This document shows positions 1-8,227 of a stretch of DNA of 54,377 nt, in pieces. The stretch lies in assembly GCA_964408485.1 (NCBI GenBank), contig CAYOZJ010000004.1, positions 74,685 to 129,061 on the forward strand, in the 5' to 3' direction. Each line of letters starts with the position of its first letter. Within the stretch, counting starts at the first letter, position 1. The notes beneath the pieces were generated by a model. That model was not told the DNA's origin and did not search any database. It saw nothing but the letters and a program-made list of their open reading frames with translations. Both the position numbers and the translations under genes were made by a program. The stretch comes from an uncultured Gammaproteobacteria bacterium (GTDB lineage Bacteria > Patescibacteriota > Microgenomatia > Levybacterales > UBA12049).

Positions 1-9
1 ACTTTGGAT

Positions 10-47
10 AGCTGGCAGTAGGGTACAATCGGTCTTTACTGCCAGCT
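10..47. repeat. Perfect inverted repeat AGCTGGCAGTA / TACTGCCAGCT (11-bp stem, 16-nt loop) upstream of the signal peptidase gene
   Basis: Read directly: 10-20 is the reverse complement of 37-47. No T-run follows; an AGGG Shine-Dalgarno-like motif and ATG 62 follow. Confidence 0.6.
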
Positions 48-61
48 CCAAAGGGAAAAAT

Positions 62-622
62 ATGAAAAAAATATTTACCATAGGACTTTTTACACTACTA
101 CCACTTATCATGATTACGCTATTGGCATATAAAGGAATTTCCTTTTGGAGCCTCAGATCTTTCACTGTTATGTCAGGAAGTATGGAGCCAAATCTTCCTG
201 TTGGAAGTCTTGTGTTTACCATTCCTCTTGATGGATATCGCATTGGTGATGTTATTGCATTTACGAGAAATAATGAAACCATAACACACAGAATTGCAAA
301 AAAAGAAATTAATGGAAATATTTTTTCTTTCTCCACAAAAGGGGATGCAAATAATGCAATAGATACACAAAGAATAACTCAAGATAAAATTATTGGTAAA
401 GAAATTATTATGCTGCCATTTGTTGGTAGACTTATTGGATTTATACGGACTGTTCCAGGATTTCTTATTTTTATTGTTTTGCCAAGCATTCTTTTTATTG
501 GTTTTGAGTTGTGGGATATAAAAAAGGAATTGGAAAAAGAAATTGAGAAAAAACTACTCGCCCGATTTAATTCTCATGAAAACAATAATAATTTGCTTGA
601 TAAAATGCAAAATCTCGTATGA
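62..622 (+). CDS. Signal peptidase I, ER/archaeal (SipW-like) type
   Basis: 186-aa ORF with an N-terminal TM helix, Ser box SGSMEPNL, His box ITHRI, GDAN box and a C-terminal TM helix. ATGA overlap with the next ORF. Confidence 0.8.
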   Translation: MKKIFTIGLFTLLPLIMITLLAYKGISFWSLRSFTVMSGSMEPNLPVGSLVFTIPLDGYRIGDVIAFTRNNETITHRIAKKEINGNIFSFSTKGDANNAIDTQRITQDKIIGKEIIMLPFVGRLIGFIRTVPGFLIFIVLPSILFIGFELWDIKKELEKEIEKKLLARFNSHENNNNLLDKMQNLV

Positions 623-1380
623 GTAAGTACATATTGTTGTCCGTTGCTCTCGCTGTTACGTTGGGAATATTTTCTTTTGGACTTGTCCATGCATTTTTTA
701 CATCCGGTAATACAAATGCCGCAAATACATTTTCTGCAGCAGCTATCTTTCCAACAACGACCTCAACTCCAACGCCAACATCTACACCCTCGGCAGATTT
801 AACAGGAATAGCAAATCATATGGTAATAAGTGAAGTACAAGTTAATGGCGGACCAGGACATGCTGACTATGATTTTATAGAACTTTATAATCCAACGAGT
901 TTGTCAGTTGACTTGAATGGTTTTCGACTTATTAGTAGAACAGGTAACTCGTCTTCTGACGATCTCATTAAATCATTCACAGCAGCAACAGTAGTTCCTG
1001 CTCACGGATTTTATTTATGGGCAAGCAGTCACGATAGTACTTTTCCCGGAAGTATCAATGCTAATACATCAACGACAGTAGGTCTTACAAACAGTATGAG
1101 CATTGCCCTAAGGAATGGGCCAAATGATACAGGGGCAATTATCGATGCTCTTAGTTGGAATAATGGAGCAACTATCGGTGAAGGTGCAAATGCAGCAACT
1201 CCAGCTGCAAGTCAAAGTTTGGAGAGAAAAGCATATACAACATCAACCGTTGTATCAATGACAACAGGATCAGATATACAAAAAGGTAATGGATATGATG
1301 GAAATAATAACGCGACAGACTTTATTCTTCGTCCAACATCACAACCGCAAAATAGTGCAAGTCCAATTGAAATACCATGA
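619..1380 (+). CDS. Secreted lamin-tail-domain (LTD) protein with TasA/camelysin-class (SipW-cognate-like) signal peptide
   Basis: N-terminus is a TM helix followed by HAFFTSGNTNAANTFSAAA, then a Thr/Pro/Ser linker. LTD blocks: ISEVQVNG..DFIELYNPT..LNGFRL..YLWASS..DALSW. Confidence 0.65.
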   Translation: MSKYILLSVALAVTLGIFSFGLVHAFFTSGNTNAANTFSAAAIFPTTTSTPTPTSTPSADLTGIANHMVISEVQVNGGPGHADYDFIELYNPTSLSVDLNGFRLISRTGNSSSDDLIKSFTAATVVPAHGFYLWASSHDSTFPGSINANTSTTVGLTNSMSIALRNGPNDTGAIIDALSWNNGATIGEGANAATPAASQSLERKAYTTSTVVSMTTGSDIQKGNGYDGNNNATDFILRPTSQPQNSASPIEIP

Positions 1381-2507
1381 AACGATTACTGACAATTACT
1401 ATTCTTATACTTTTCATTGTAGGAGTAGGTTATGTGAGTGGTGCATTTAAAAATATTTTTCAACCAGAAAGCGTAAAAGCTTTTGGAGATTTAACGGTAA
1501 ATTTTCATGTTGGTATTGGTGTACCTCTTTTTAATTTTACTAACTTTTCCCCAGGAGAAAATGTAACTAAGCCAGTTGATGTGACTAATGGTGGAAGTGT
1601 TTCCCGCATGGTTGCAGTAAAAGGAAATAAAACAAGTGGTGTTGGTATACCTCACTTAGAAGACGTTTTGACAATTGTTATTAAAGACGGAGCAACATCT
1701 GTATATGGGCAAGGAAGTCCGACAGGTAACAAAACAGTCAAAGATTTCTTCACTGATAGTAGTAGTACTAATGGTATTGTTTTGGGGACAATTGGTGTTG
1801 GGGGACATACAACCTACAACATGACAGTTACATTTCCGCAAAGCTCGGGCAATGAATATCAAGGAAAATCCGTTGTCTTTGATTTAACCTTTGGTACATC
1901 GGACATTAAGAGTTTGGTAATTAACGAGGTATTCTACCGGGTAGACAAAAATCATGGACACAACAGCGATAATGACCGCGATAGAGAAAGATATGACTAC
2001 GATAATCACAAGAAAGATAAGAATTATAGAGATAACGATGACGATAGATACGATAGAGATGATAAGTCATCGAGTAACGATGAGTGGGTGGAATTGTATA
2101 ATCCAACAGATACAGACGTTTCGTTAAAAAATTGGACACTTACGGATAATTCGGGGAATGCGCTAGTGCTTCATACTGATAAAAAAATAAAGTCACATGG
2201 TTTTGTTGTTATTACAAAAGATGATAACTTTTTACAGTACTTCAAAAAACCAAAGATAAGTATTATTGAGACAGGACACAACTTTGGAAATGGACTCGAC
2301 GATTTGGGAGATCATCTAATCCTTAAGAATAATAAAGGAGCAGAAGTAGATAGAATGAGTTGGGGAACAGACACATCAGGATTTACTCCACTTGCTATAA
2401 ATCCAGTAGTTCCACGAGGAAGCAGTACGGAAAGAATTAGCGCAGGATTTGACACAGATAAAGCAACAGACTGGCATGCGCAAAATAATCCAACACCCGG
2501 CAAATAA
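1377..2507 (+). CDS. TasA/camelysin-like N-terminal domain fused to a C-terminal lamin-tail domain that carries a charged low-complexity insert
   Basis: Signal-anchor followed by SGAF..AFGDLTV. Camelysin-like blocks NFSPGENVTKPVDVTNGGS and GNEYQGKSVVFDLTFG. LTD blocks INEVFY...DEWVELYNPTDTDVSLKNWTL...DRMSWG. ATGA overlap with the upstream ORF. Confidence 0.55.
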   Translation: MKRLLTITILILFIVGVGYVSGAFKNIFQPESVKAFGDLTVNFHVGIGVPLFNFTNFSPGENVTKPVDVTNGGSVSRMVAVKGNKTSGVGIPHLEDVLTIVIKDGATSVYGQGSPTGNKTVKDFFTDSSSTNGIVLGTIGVGGHTTYNMTVTFPQSSGNEYQGKSVVFDLTFGTSDIKSLVINEVFYRVDKNHGHNSDNDRDRERYDYDNHKKDKNYRDNDDDRYDRDDKSSSNDEWVELYNPTDTDVSLKNWTLTDNSGNALVLHTDKKIKSHGFVVITKDDNFLQYFKKPKISIIETGHNFGNGLDDLGDHLILKNNKGAEVDRMSWGTDTSGFTPLAINPVVPRGSSTERISAGFDTDKATDWHAQNNPTPGK

Positions 2508-2561
2508 AAATGCCCCTTGACAAGGTATGTGTTTTTTTGAAATGCTGATAATGTAAGAAAT

Positions 2562-3092
2562 ATGAAAAAAGTTAGCAGACGGGCAAAAGTTGTAAAGAAA
2601 ACAAAATCTAAAAAATTTCTTTGGTGGATTAGTTTTGGATTTCTAGCAGCAGTTGTTGGTGTTTTTGGGTTTAATTATGCAAATATGCAAAACCCTTCAG
2701 ATCCTTCAGACACAGCAGTACTAGGAGCTACCTCACCATATGTTAAAATGGATAATCCTACAAGTTCTTGTGATGGTCACGTTTACAATTCGAGTACACA
2801 AAAAATATACAACATAACATGGTATAGCGGTGGAACCAATCTCCATTCCTTACAGGCGCAACTTATTGTTGGAGGTAAAACAGTTGCTGTTTCTGGTACT
2901 ATTAATCCTGTTTCAAAAGGTCACATTTCATTTAAGATGACAGGGCCATATTCAGAAGATGTTCATGTGCTTATTAGAGAGTATTCAACAAATAATAGTT
3001 CCTTAGGTGTTCATGCAGACAAATATTTTAAATATTCTCCTTGCTACAGCTTTAAAAATGGCTGGAATAGTTTTCAATTCATCAGAGGGTAA
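2562..3092 (+). CDS. Hypothetical membrane-anchored protein
   Basis: 176-aa ORF with a Lys-rich N-terminus followed by one TM helix (FLWWISFGFLAAVVGVFGF). No family recognised. Confidence 0.45.
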   Translation: MKKVSRRAKVVKKTKSKKFLWWISFGFLAAVVGVFGFNYANMQNPSDPSDTAVLGATSPYVKMDNPTSSCDGHVYNSSTQKIYNITWYSGGTNLHSLQAQLIVGGKTVAVSGTINPVSKGHISFKMTGPYSEDVHVLIREYSTNNSSLGVHADKYFKYSPCYSFKNGWNSFQFIRG

Positions 3093-3163
3093 TATTCTTT
3101 CAAATCTAAATTTTTAATATTCTAGTCCTTGAGTTGTGTATGTGCTAGGCTTAAAAAATTTGT

Positions 3164-3192
3164 TTGACTCATCTCTTCAAAACACATAAACT
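3164..3192 (+). promoter_or_regulatory. Sigma70-like promoter: TTGACT, 17 nt, TAAACT, placed 6 nt before GTG 3199 (leaderless layout)
   Basis: -35 at 3164-3169 and -10 at 3187-3192. The expected TSS coincides with the start codon. Confidence 0.55.
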
Positions 3193-3198
3193 AAATAA

Positions 3199-4464
3199 GT
3201 GAGTTATATTAAGAATTTTTCTCAATTAGCATCAACTCCTCAAAGAGAAATCGTTTTACAACTTATTGAATCAGCATTTGCATCAATTGCTCCAAAAACA
3301 GTTATGGCAACACATTTTCGACTTGAGGGATCGATGCTTTCAGTTCAATCGAAAAAATATGACCTGTCGCAATACGCGCGAGTTTTTGTTGTCGGATTTG
3401 GAAAGGGATCAAGCGGAATCTGTAAATTTATAGAAAACACATTGGGAGAAAAATTAACAGCAGGATGGGATATCGATGTTGTAGACGAAAAATTCACAAA
3501 AATTCAATACACAAAAGGGACACATCCACTACCAAGTCTGACAAATGTTATGTTTACCCGGACAGTGTTGGAGAATCTAAAAAACCTCACAGAAAAAGAT
3601 TTAGTTTTGGTTGTTATATGCGGTGGTGGATCGGCTCTTTTTGAATCACCGACAATTCCCTTACCAAGACTTGATGCAGTTAATAAAGAGTTATTAAAAT
3701 CCGGCGCTGAAATTTCGGAAATGAATATGGTCAGAAAGCATTTATCTACTGTTAAAGGGGGAGGATTAGCCGAAAAATTATATCCATCTCACATTATTGG
3801 GCTTATGTTTTCTGATGTTCCGGGAAATGATATGAGTGTTATTGCATCAGGACCAACCGTTATGGATAAAACTATGCTTTCTCACATAGAAGACGTATTG
3901 CAAAAGTATCAATTGCAATCAGTGAGTAAGGAAGATTTTGTTGAGACTCCAATAGACGAAAAATATTTTGTATCAGTTGATAATATTATCATGGTAAGTA
4001 ATAAGACTGCACTTGATGCAATGCAGCAAAAAGCTAGGGAATTGGGAAAAAAAGCAATTATTCTGACCGATAGGTTGCAAGGAGACGCAAAAAAAATAGG
4101 TAAAACTCTTCTTGTGGAGACACGCTCTAATGAAATTCTTCTTGCAGGTGGCGAGACAACAGTAAAAGTGGCAGGTAATGGTACAGGAGGACGCAATCAA
4201 ACACTTGTTTTGGCAAGCCTATCTTCTTTAGAAGAAAATGAAATTATTGTAGCATTTGATAGCGATGGATGGGATTATACGACGTTTGCCGGAGCAATAG
4301 GAGATAAAACAACGCGTGAAAAAGCTGCGTCTCAAGGCCTTGAAATCAAATCATTTTTAGATAATGATGATAGTACAACCTTTTTTCAAAAAACAGGTGA
4401 TGGTATTGATACAGGAAAACTAGAATCAAATGTATCAGACCTTTTTATAGTTGCAAAACTATAG
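3199..4464 (+). CDS. Glycerate 2-kinase / hydroxypyruvate reductase-like protein (DUF4147 + MOFRL family)
   Basis: 421 aa with a GTG start. Motifs VVGFGKGSSG and LAGGETTVKVAGNGTGGRNQ, plus a C-terminal MOFRL-like region. Confidence 0.75.
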   Translation: MSYIKNFSQLASTPQREIVLQLIESAFASIAPKTVMATHFRLEGSMLSVQSKKYDLSQYARVFVVGFGKGSSGICKFIENTLGEKLTAGWDIDVVDEKFTKIQYTKGTHPLPSLTNVMFTRTVLENLKNLTEKDLVLVVICGGGSALFESPTIPLPRLDAVNKELLKSGAEISEMNMVRKHLSTVKGGGLAEKLYPSHIIGLMFSDVPGNDMSVIASGPTVMDKTMLSHIEDVLQKYQLQSVSKEDFVETPIDEKYFVSVDNIIMVSNKTALDAMQQKARELGKKAIILTDRLQGDAKKIGKTLLVETRSNEILLAGGETTVKVAGNGTGGRNQTLVLASLSSLEENEIIVAFDSDGWDYTTFAGAIGDKTTREKAASQGLEIKSFLDNDDSTTFFQKTGDGIDTGKLESNVSDLFIVAKL

Positions 4465-4557
4465 TGTCATTCTGGGGAGCGTGCGACACCAGAATCTGAG
4501 TTCAAATGAGAAGAAAGATCCTGGACAAGCCAGGATGACAGGAAGAAAGATAAAATT

Positions 4558-5448
4558 ATGACAGAACTTACTGACCAACAAATTTTACAACTTGAAGACA
4601 CAGCTGTTAAAATTCGAGAGACAATAATTAGTACTTTGGTTGAAGCTGGATCTGGACATTCTGCAGGGCCTTTGGGTATGGCAGATATTTTCACAGCATT
4701 TTATTTTCATTTACTCAATCACAATCCAAAAGATCCGGAATGGGAAGACAGAGATAGACTCATTCTTTCCAATGGACACATTTGCCCTGTCAGATACGTT
4801 ACCATGAGTTATGCGGGATATTTTCCAAAAGAAGAACTCAAGACACTTCGCAAAATTAACTCAAGACTTCAGGGACATCCGCATAGGACATCTCTTCCTG
4901 GACTTGAGACAACATCAGGTCCATTAGGATCCGGCCTTTCTCAGTCAATTGGTATTGCTCTTGCAGCAAAAATGGACAAGAAAAAATATCGCGTGTATTG
5001 CCTTACATCAGACGGCGAACATGAAGAAGGAAATACATGGGAAGCAGCAATGATGGCAGGGAAATTAAAAATAAATAATCTTATTCAGGTGATGGATAGG
5101 AATAATATTCAGATAGATGGATATACAGAAATAATTATGCCCCTTGAGCCATTAAAAGAAAAATACGAAGCATTTGGATGGCATGTATTAGAAACGGACG
5201 GGAATAATATCCGCGCATTTATTGATACTGTGGAGGAAGCGAAAGCAATTTATGAAAAGCCAGTCTTAATTATCGCCCATACTATTCCTGGTAAGGGTGT
5301 TGATTACATGGAAGGAGATTATAAGTGGCATGGTGTTCCACCAAATATTGAAGATTTACCCGGTGCGCCGGAAAAAGATGATCAAGCAAAAGTTGCACTC
5401 AAAGAGTTGCGGACTTTACAAGGAAAAATAGAAAGCGAAATGGACTGA
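4558..5448 (+). CDS. Transketolase, N-terminal (TPP-binding) subunit
   Basis: 296 aa. Motifs GSGHSAGPLGMADI, LSNGH and SDGEHEEGNTWEA, typical of a split transketolase. Confidence 0.9.
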   Translation: MTELTDQQILQLEDTAVKIRETIISTLVEAGSGHSAGPLGMADIFTAFYFHLLNHNPKDPEWEDRDRLILSNGHICPVRYVTMSYAGYFPKEELKTLRKINSRLQGHPHRTSLPGLETTSGPLGSGLSQSIGIALAAKMDKKKYRVYCLTSDGEHEEGNTWEAAMMAGKLKINNLIQVMDRNNIQIDGYTEIIMPLEPLKEKYEAFGWHVLETDGNNIRAFIDTVEEAKAIYEKPVLIIAHTIPGKGVDYMEGDYKWHGVPPNIEDLPGAPEKDDQAKVALKELRTLQGKIESEMD

Positions 5449-5489
5449 TTGGTTATTGGTTCGTAGTTCATAGAAATAAAAAATAATAT

Positions 5490-6485
5490 ATGTTAAACCC
5501 ACACCTTTTTCTTAATACGAAGATTTTTGATAAAGAAGCGGACAAAAAGGCAACACGCGACGGATTTGGTACAGGACTCGTAAAACTTGGCGACAGTGAT
5601 CCGAATGTTGTTGTCTTAACGGCAGATCTTTCTGATTCAACACGAGCCGACGCATTTGCCAAAAAATACCCAGAAAGATTTTTTGAGGTAGGCGTTGCTG
5701 AGCAAAATATGGCAACCGTTGCTGCAGGGCTTGGGATAAGTGGTAAGACCGCATTTATCTCCTCATATGCAACATTTTCTCCTGGCAGAAATTGGGAGCA
5801 GATTCGTACAACAATTGTATATAACAAATCAAATGTAAAAATTGCTGGTCATCATGCAGGTACTATGACTGGGCCTGACGGTGCAACGCACCAAGCAACA
5901 GAAGATATTGCCATGATGCGAGCTCTCCCTGACATTTCAGTCATTGTTCCATGTGACAATTACGAGGGTGAGCGCGCAACGATTGCAGCTGGGAAGACAA
6001 AAGAGGCAGTATACCTCCGTTTTAGTCGTGATAAGTCTATTATTATGACAACAGAAAAAACACCGTTTTTTGTTGGGAAAGCGCAGGTTTTTTGGACAAG
6101 CGCCAATCCTAAAGTAGCAATTGTCGGAACAGGATATATGGTTTATTACTGTCTTCTTGCGGCAAAGGAATTAGAAAAGCAGGGTATTGAGACGTTGGTT
6201 ATTAATAACGCATCAATAAAACCTCTTGATGAGAAATTGTTACTTGATGTTGCCAAACAAACAGGTGCAATTGTTAGTGTTGAAGATCATCAAGCTGCAG
6301 GTGGATTGGGAGGAGCGTTGGCTGAATTGTTTGCAAAAAATTTACCAACTCCAATGGAGTTTATTGGTTTGCAGGATACATTTGCTGAGTCTGGAAAACC
6401 TGAAGAATTACTTAAAAAGTATAAAATGGATGATACTGCGATTATTGAGGCAGTAAAGAAAGTACTTAGTAGAAAATTAACCTAA
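5490..6485 (+). CDS. Transketolase, C-terminal (pyrimidine-binding + C-terminal domain) subunit
   Basis: 331 aa. Motifs FFEVGVAEQNM and GPDGATHQATEDIAMMRALP. Sits directly downstream of the N-terminal subunit. Confidence 0.9.
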   Translation: MLNPHLFLNTKIFDKEADKKATRDGFGTGLVKLGDSDPNVVVLTADLSDSTRADAFAKKYPERFFEVGVAEQNMATVAAGLGISGKTAFISSYATFSPGRNWEQIRTTIVYNKSNVKIAGHHAGTMTGPDGATHQATEDIAMMRALPDISVIVPCDNYEGERATIAAGKTKEAVYLRFSRDKSIIMTTEKTPFFVGKAQVFWTSANPKVAIVGTGYMVYYCLLAAKELEKQGIETLVINNASIKPLDEKLLLDVAKQTGAIVSVEDHQAAGGLGGALAELFAKNLPTPMEFIGLQDTFAESGKPEELLKKYKMDDTAIIEAVKKVLSRKLT

Positions 6486-6517
6486 TTATTCTAATTGACC
6501 TAATTAACCTAAATAAT
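6482..6517. repeat. Four tandem 9-nt units: CTAATTATT, CTAATTGAC, CTAATTAAC, CTAAATAAT
   Basis: Read directly. The repeat begins inside the transketolase stop codon region. Confidence 0.6.
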
Positions 6518-6543
6518 TTGAAATTTGGATAATTGGGATTTCA

Positions 6544-6571
6544 TTAGAAATTAGGAATTAGAAATTAGAAA
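6544..6571. repeat. Four tandem heptamers TTAG(A/G)AA ending 2 nt before ATG 6574
   Basis: Read directly: TTAGAAA TTAGGAA TTAGAAA TTAGAAA, then TT-ATG. Confidence 0.65.
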
Positions 6572-6573
6572 TT

Positions 6574-8226
6574 ATGGACCAAAATTTACTAGAAAAATTG
6601 AGACAAGTTTTTCATGGTGACATCGCGACCGATTCAGAAACGCTATCTACTTTTTCACATGATGCATCACTTTTTGAAGTAAAACCTCAGGTGGTTGTTT
6701 TCCCTAAAAATGAAAAAGAAGTGCAGGAATTAGTAGAGTTTGTAGCGAAAAATAAAAAAGAATACCCCAATCTTTCCCTAACCGGTCGGTCTGCAGGAAC
6801 AGATATGGGAGGGGGAAGTATTAATGAATCAATCTTAGTAAGTTTTACAAAATACTTTAATAAAACACCTGTTATTAAAAAGGATTTTGCAACGACAGAG
6901 CCTGGTGTGTATTACCGCGATTTTGAAAAAGAGACCCTTAAGCATAATCTCATTTTCCCTTCGTATCCCGCTTCTCGAGAAATTTGTGCAATGGGTGGTA
7001 TTGTAAATAACAATTCCGGAGGCGAGAAATCTCTTCAATACGGCAAAACAGAAAATTTTGTTAAGCGAGTAAAGGTTGTTTTGTCAGACGGTTCGGCTAT
7101 TGAGTTAAAGCCACTTACTGAGAAAGAATTATCAGCAAAAATGAAGTTAAAATCCTTCGAAGGGGAAATTTATACAAAAATGTTTGATCTTATTTCAAAA
7201 AATTATGACACTATTCAAAAGCACAGACCAATAGTTACTAAAAATTCTGCAGGATATGATTTGTGGAGAGTATGGGACAAAGAAAATAAAACATTTGACC
7301 TTACTAAATTATGGATTGGAGCCCAGGGGACATTAGGACTTATGCTGGAAGCAGATATTCAACTTGTTCCGGTAACCAAGCATCATGAGATGATGATTCT
7401 CTTTTTGCATGACTTATCTCACTTGAATCAAATAATCGATGCCGTACTTCCCTTAAAGCCTGAAAGTTTTGAGTCATATGACGACAATACATTAAAGTTG
7501 GCTCTTCGCTTTTTCCCGGCGTTTGCGAAATTACTTGGAACAAAAGGATTACTCCAAACAGCGCTAGATTTTTTACCTGAATTTTTTATGGTTGTATTTG
7601 GTGGGTTGCCCAAACTTATTCTCCAAATTGACTTTGCTGGAGATAATCAAGACGAATTACGTGGGAAGATTGCATATTTGAGAGAAGTACTAAAGCCATT
7701 ACATCCTAAGACACGAATTGCACTGGACAAGCAAGAGCAAAAATATTGGCTTATTCGTAGAGAAAGCTTCAATCTGTTAAGGCAAAAAATTCACAATATG
7801 CATACGGCACCATTTATTGATGATTTTGTTATTGATCCTCATGATATTGCAACGGTTTTACCAAAAATTTCATCAATTATAAAACGTCATAAAGGATTTA
7901 TTTTTACTATTGCAGGACATGTAGGAAATGGAAATTTTCATATTATTCCACTTACTGATATTCAGAAAAAATCCGTTAGAGATGCGGTTCCTGTCATTGC
8001 AAAAGAAGTCTATGGAATTGTTAAAGAACATCATGGGTCAACAACAGGGGAGCATAATGATGGATTAGTCAGGACGCCTTACCTTCGAGAAATGTTTGGA
8101 GAAGACATGATACAGCTTTTTGAAAAGACAAAAGAAATTTTTGACCCAGAAAATATTTTTAATCCGCGCAAAAAGGTCCATGGATCGCTGCAATTCGCAC
8201 TTGATCACATTCGCACGCAGTGGTAA
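6574..8226 (+). CDS. FAD-binding oxidoreductase (PCMH/FAD_binding_4 type, GlcD / D-lactate dehydrogenase-like)
   Basis: 550 aa. N-terminal FAD-binding region (GRSAGTDMGGG) and C-terminal block GSTTGEHNDGLVR...FDPENIFNP. Confidence 0.7.
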   Translation: MDQNLLEKLRQVFHGDIATDSETLSTFSHDASLFEVKPQVVVFPKNEKEVQELVEFVAKNKKEYPNLSLTGRSAGTDMGGGSINESILVSFTKYFNKTPVIKKDFATTEPGVYYRDFEKETLKHNLIFPSYPASREICAMGGIVNNNSGGEKSLQYGKTENFVKRVKVVLSDGSAIELKPLTEKELSAKMKLKSFEGEIYTKMFDLISKNYDTIQKHRPIVTKNSAGYDLWRVWDKENKTFDLTKLWIGAQGTLGLMLEADIQLVPVTKHHEMMILFLHDLSHLNQIIDAVLPLKPESFESYDDNTLKLALRFFPAFAKLLGTKGLLQTALDFLPEFFMVVFGGLPKLILQIDFAGDNQDELRGKIAYLREVLKPLHPKTRIALDKQEQKYWLIRRESFNLLRQKIHNMHTAPFIDDFVIDPHDIATVLPKISSIIKRHKGFIFTIAGHVGNGNFHIIPLTDIQKKSVRDAVPVIAKEVYGIVKEHHGSTTGEHNDGLVRTPYLREMFGEDMIQLFEKTKEIFDPENIFNPRKKVHGSLQFALDHIRTQW

Positions 8227-8227
8227 T

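Noticed and set aside
2517-2552. Promoter for the 176-aa ORF (TTGACA at 2517-2522, GATAAT at 2547-2552), and a weak hairpin plus T-run after the LTD gene.
   Set aside because: The 24-nt spacer is too long for one promoter, and alternative -10 choices are poor. The hairpin CCTTG-A-CAAGG has an impossible 1-nt loop. I cannot support either call.
4469-4545. Possible TPP (thi-box) riboswitch in the glycerate kinase/transketolase spacer. It contains GGGGAGC, CTGAG and GATCCTGGACAAGCCAGGATGACAGGAAG, which resembles the GAUCUGGAUAAUGCCAGCGUAGGGAAG part of thiM. Two 7-bp hairpins are present (4469-4495 and 4518-4536).
   Set aside because: I could not build the P2 helix, because there is no ACCC-type strand to pair with GGGG. 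CTGAGT is not in a J3-2 context, and the first motif is consumed by its own ATTCTGG/CCAGAAT hairpin. TPP riboswitches also normally control thiamine synthesis or transport rather than transketolase. A cmsearch with the TPP model would settle it.
6544-6571. Short tandem repeats considered as a possible CRISPR or mini-array.
   Set aside because: The units are only 7-9 nt with no spacers and sit in an AT-rich intergenic spacer. Nothing in the window has CRISPR repeat/spacer periodicity.
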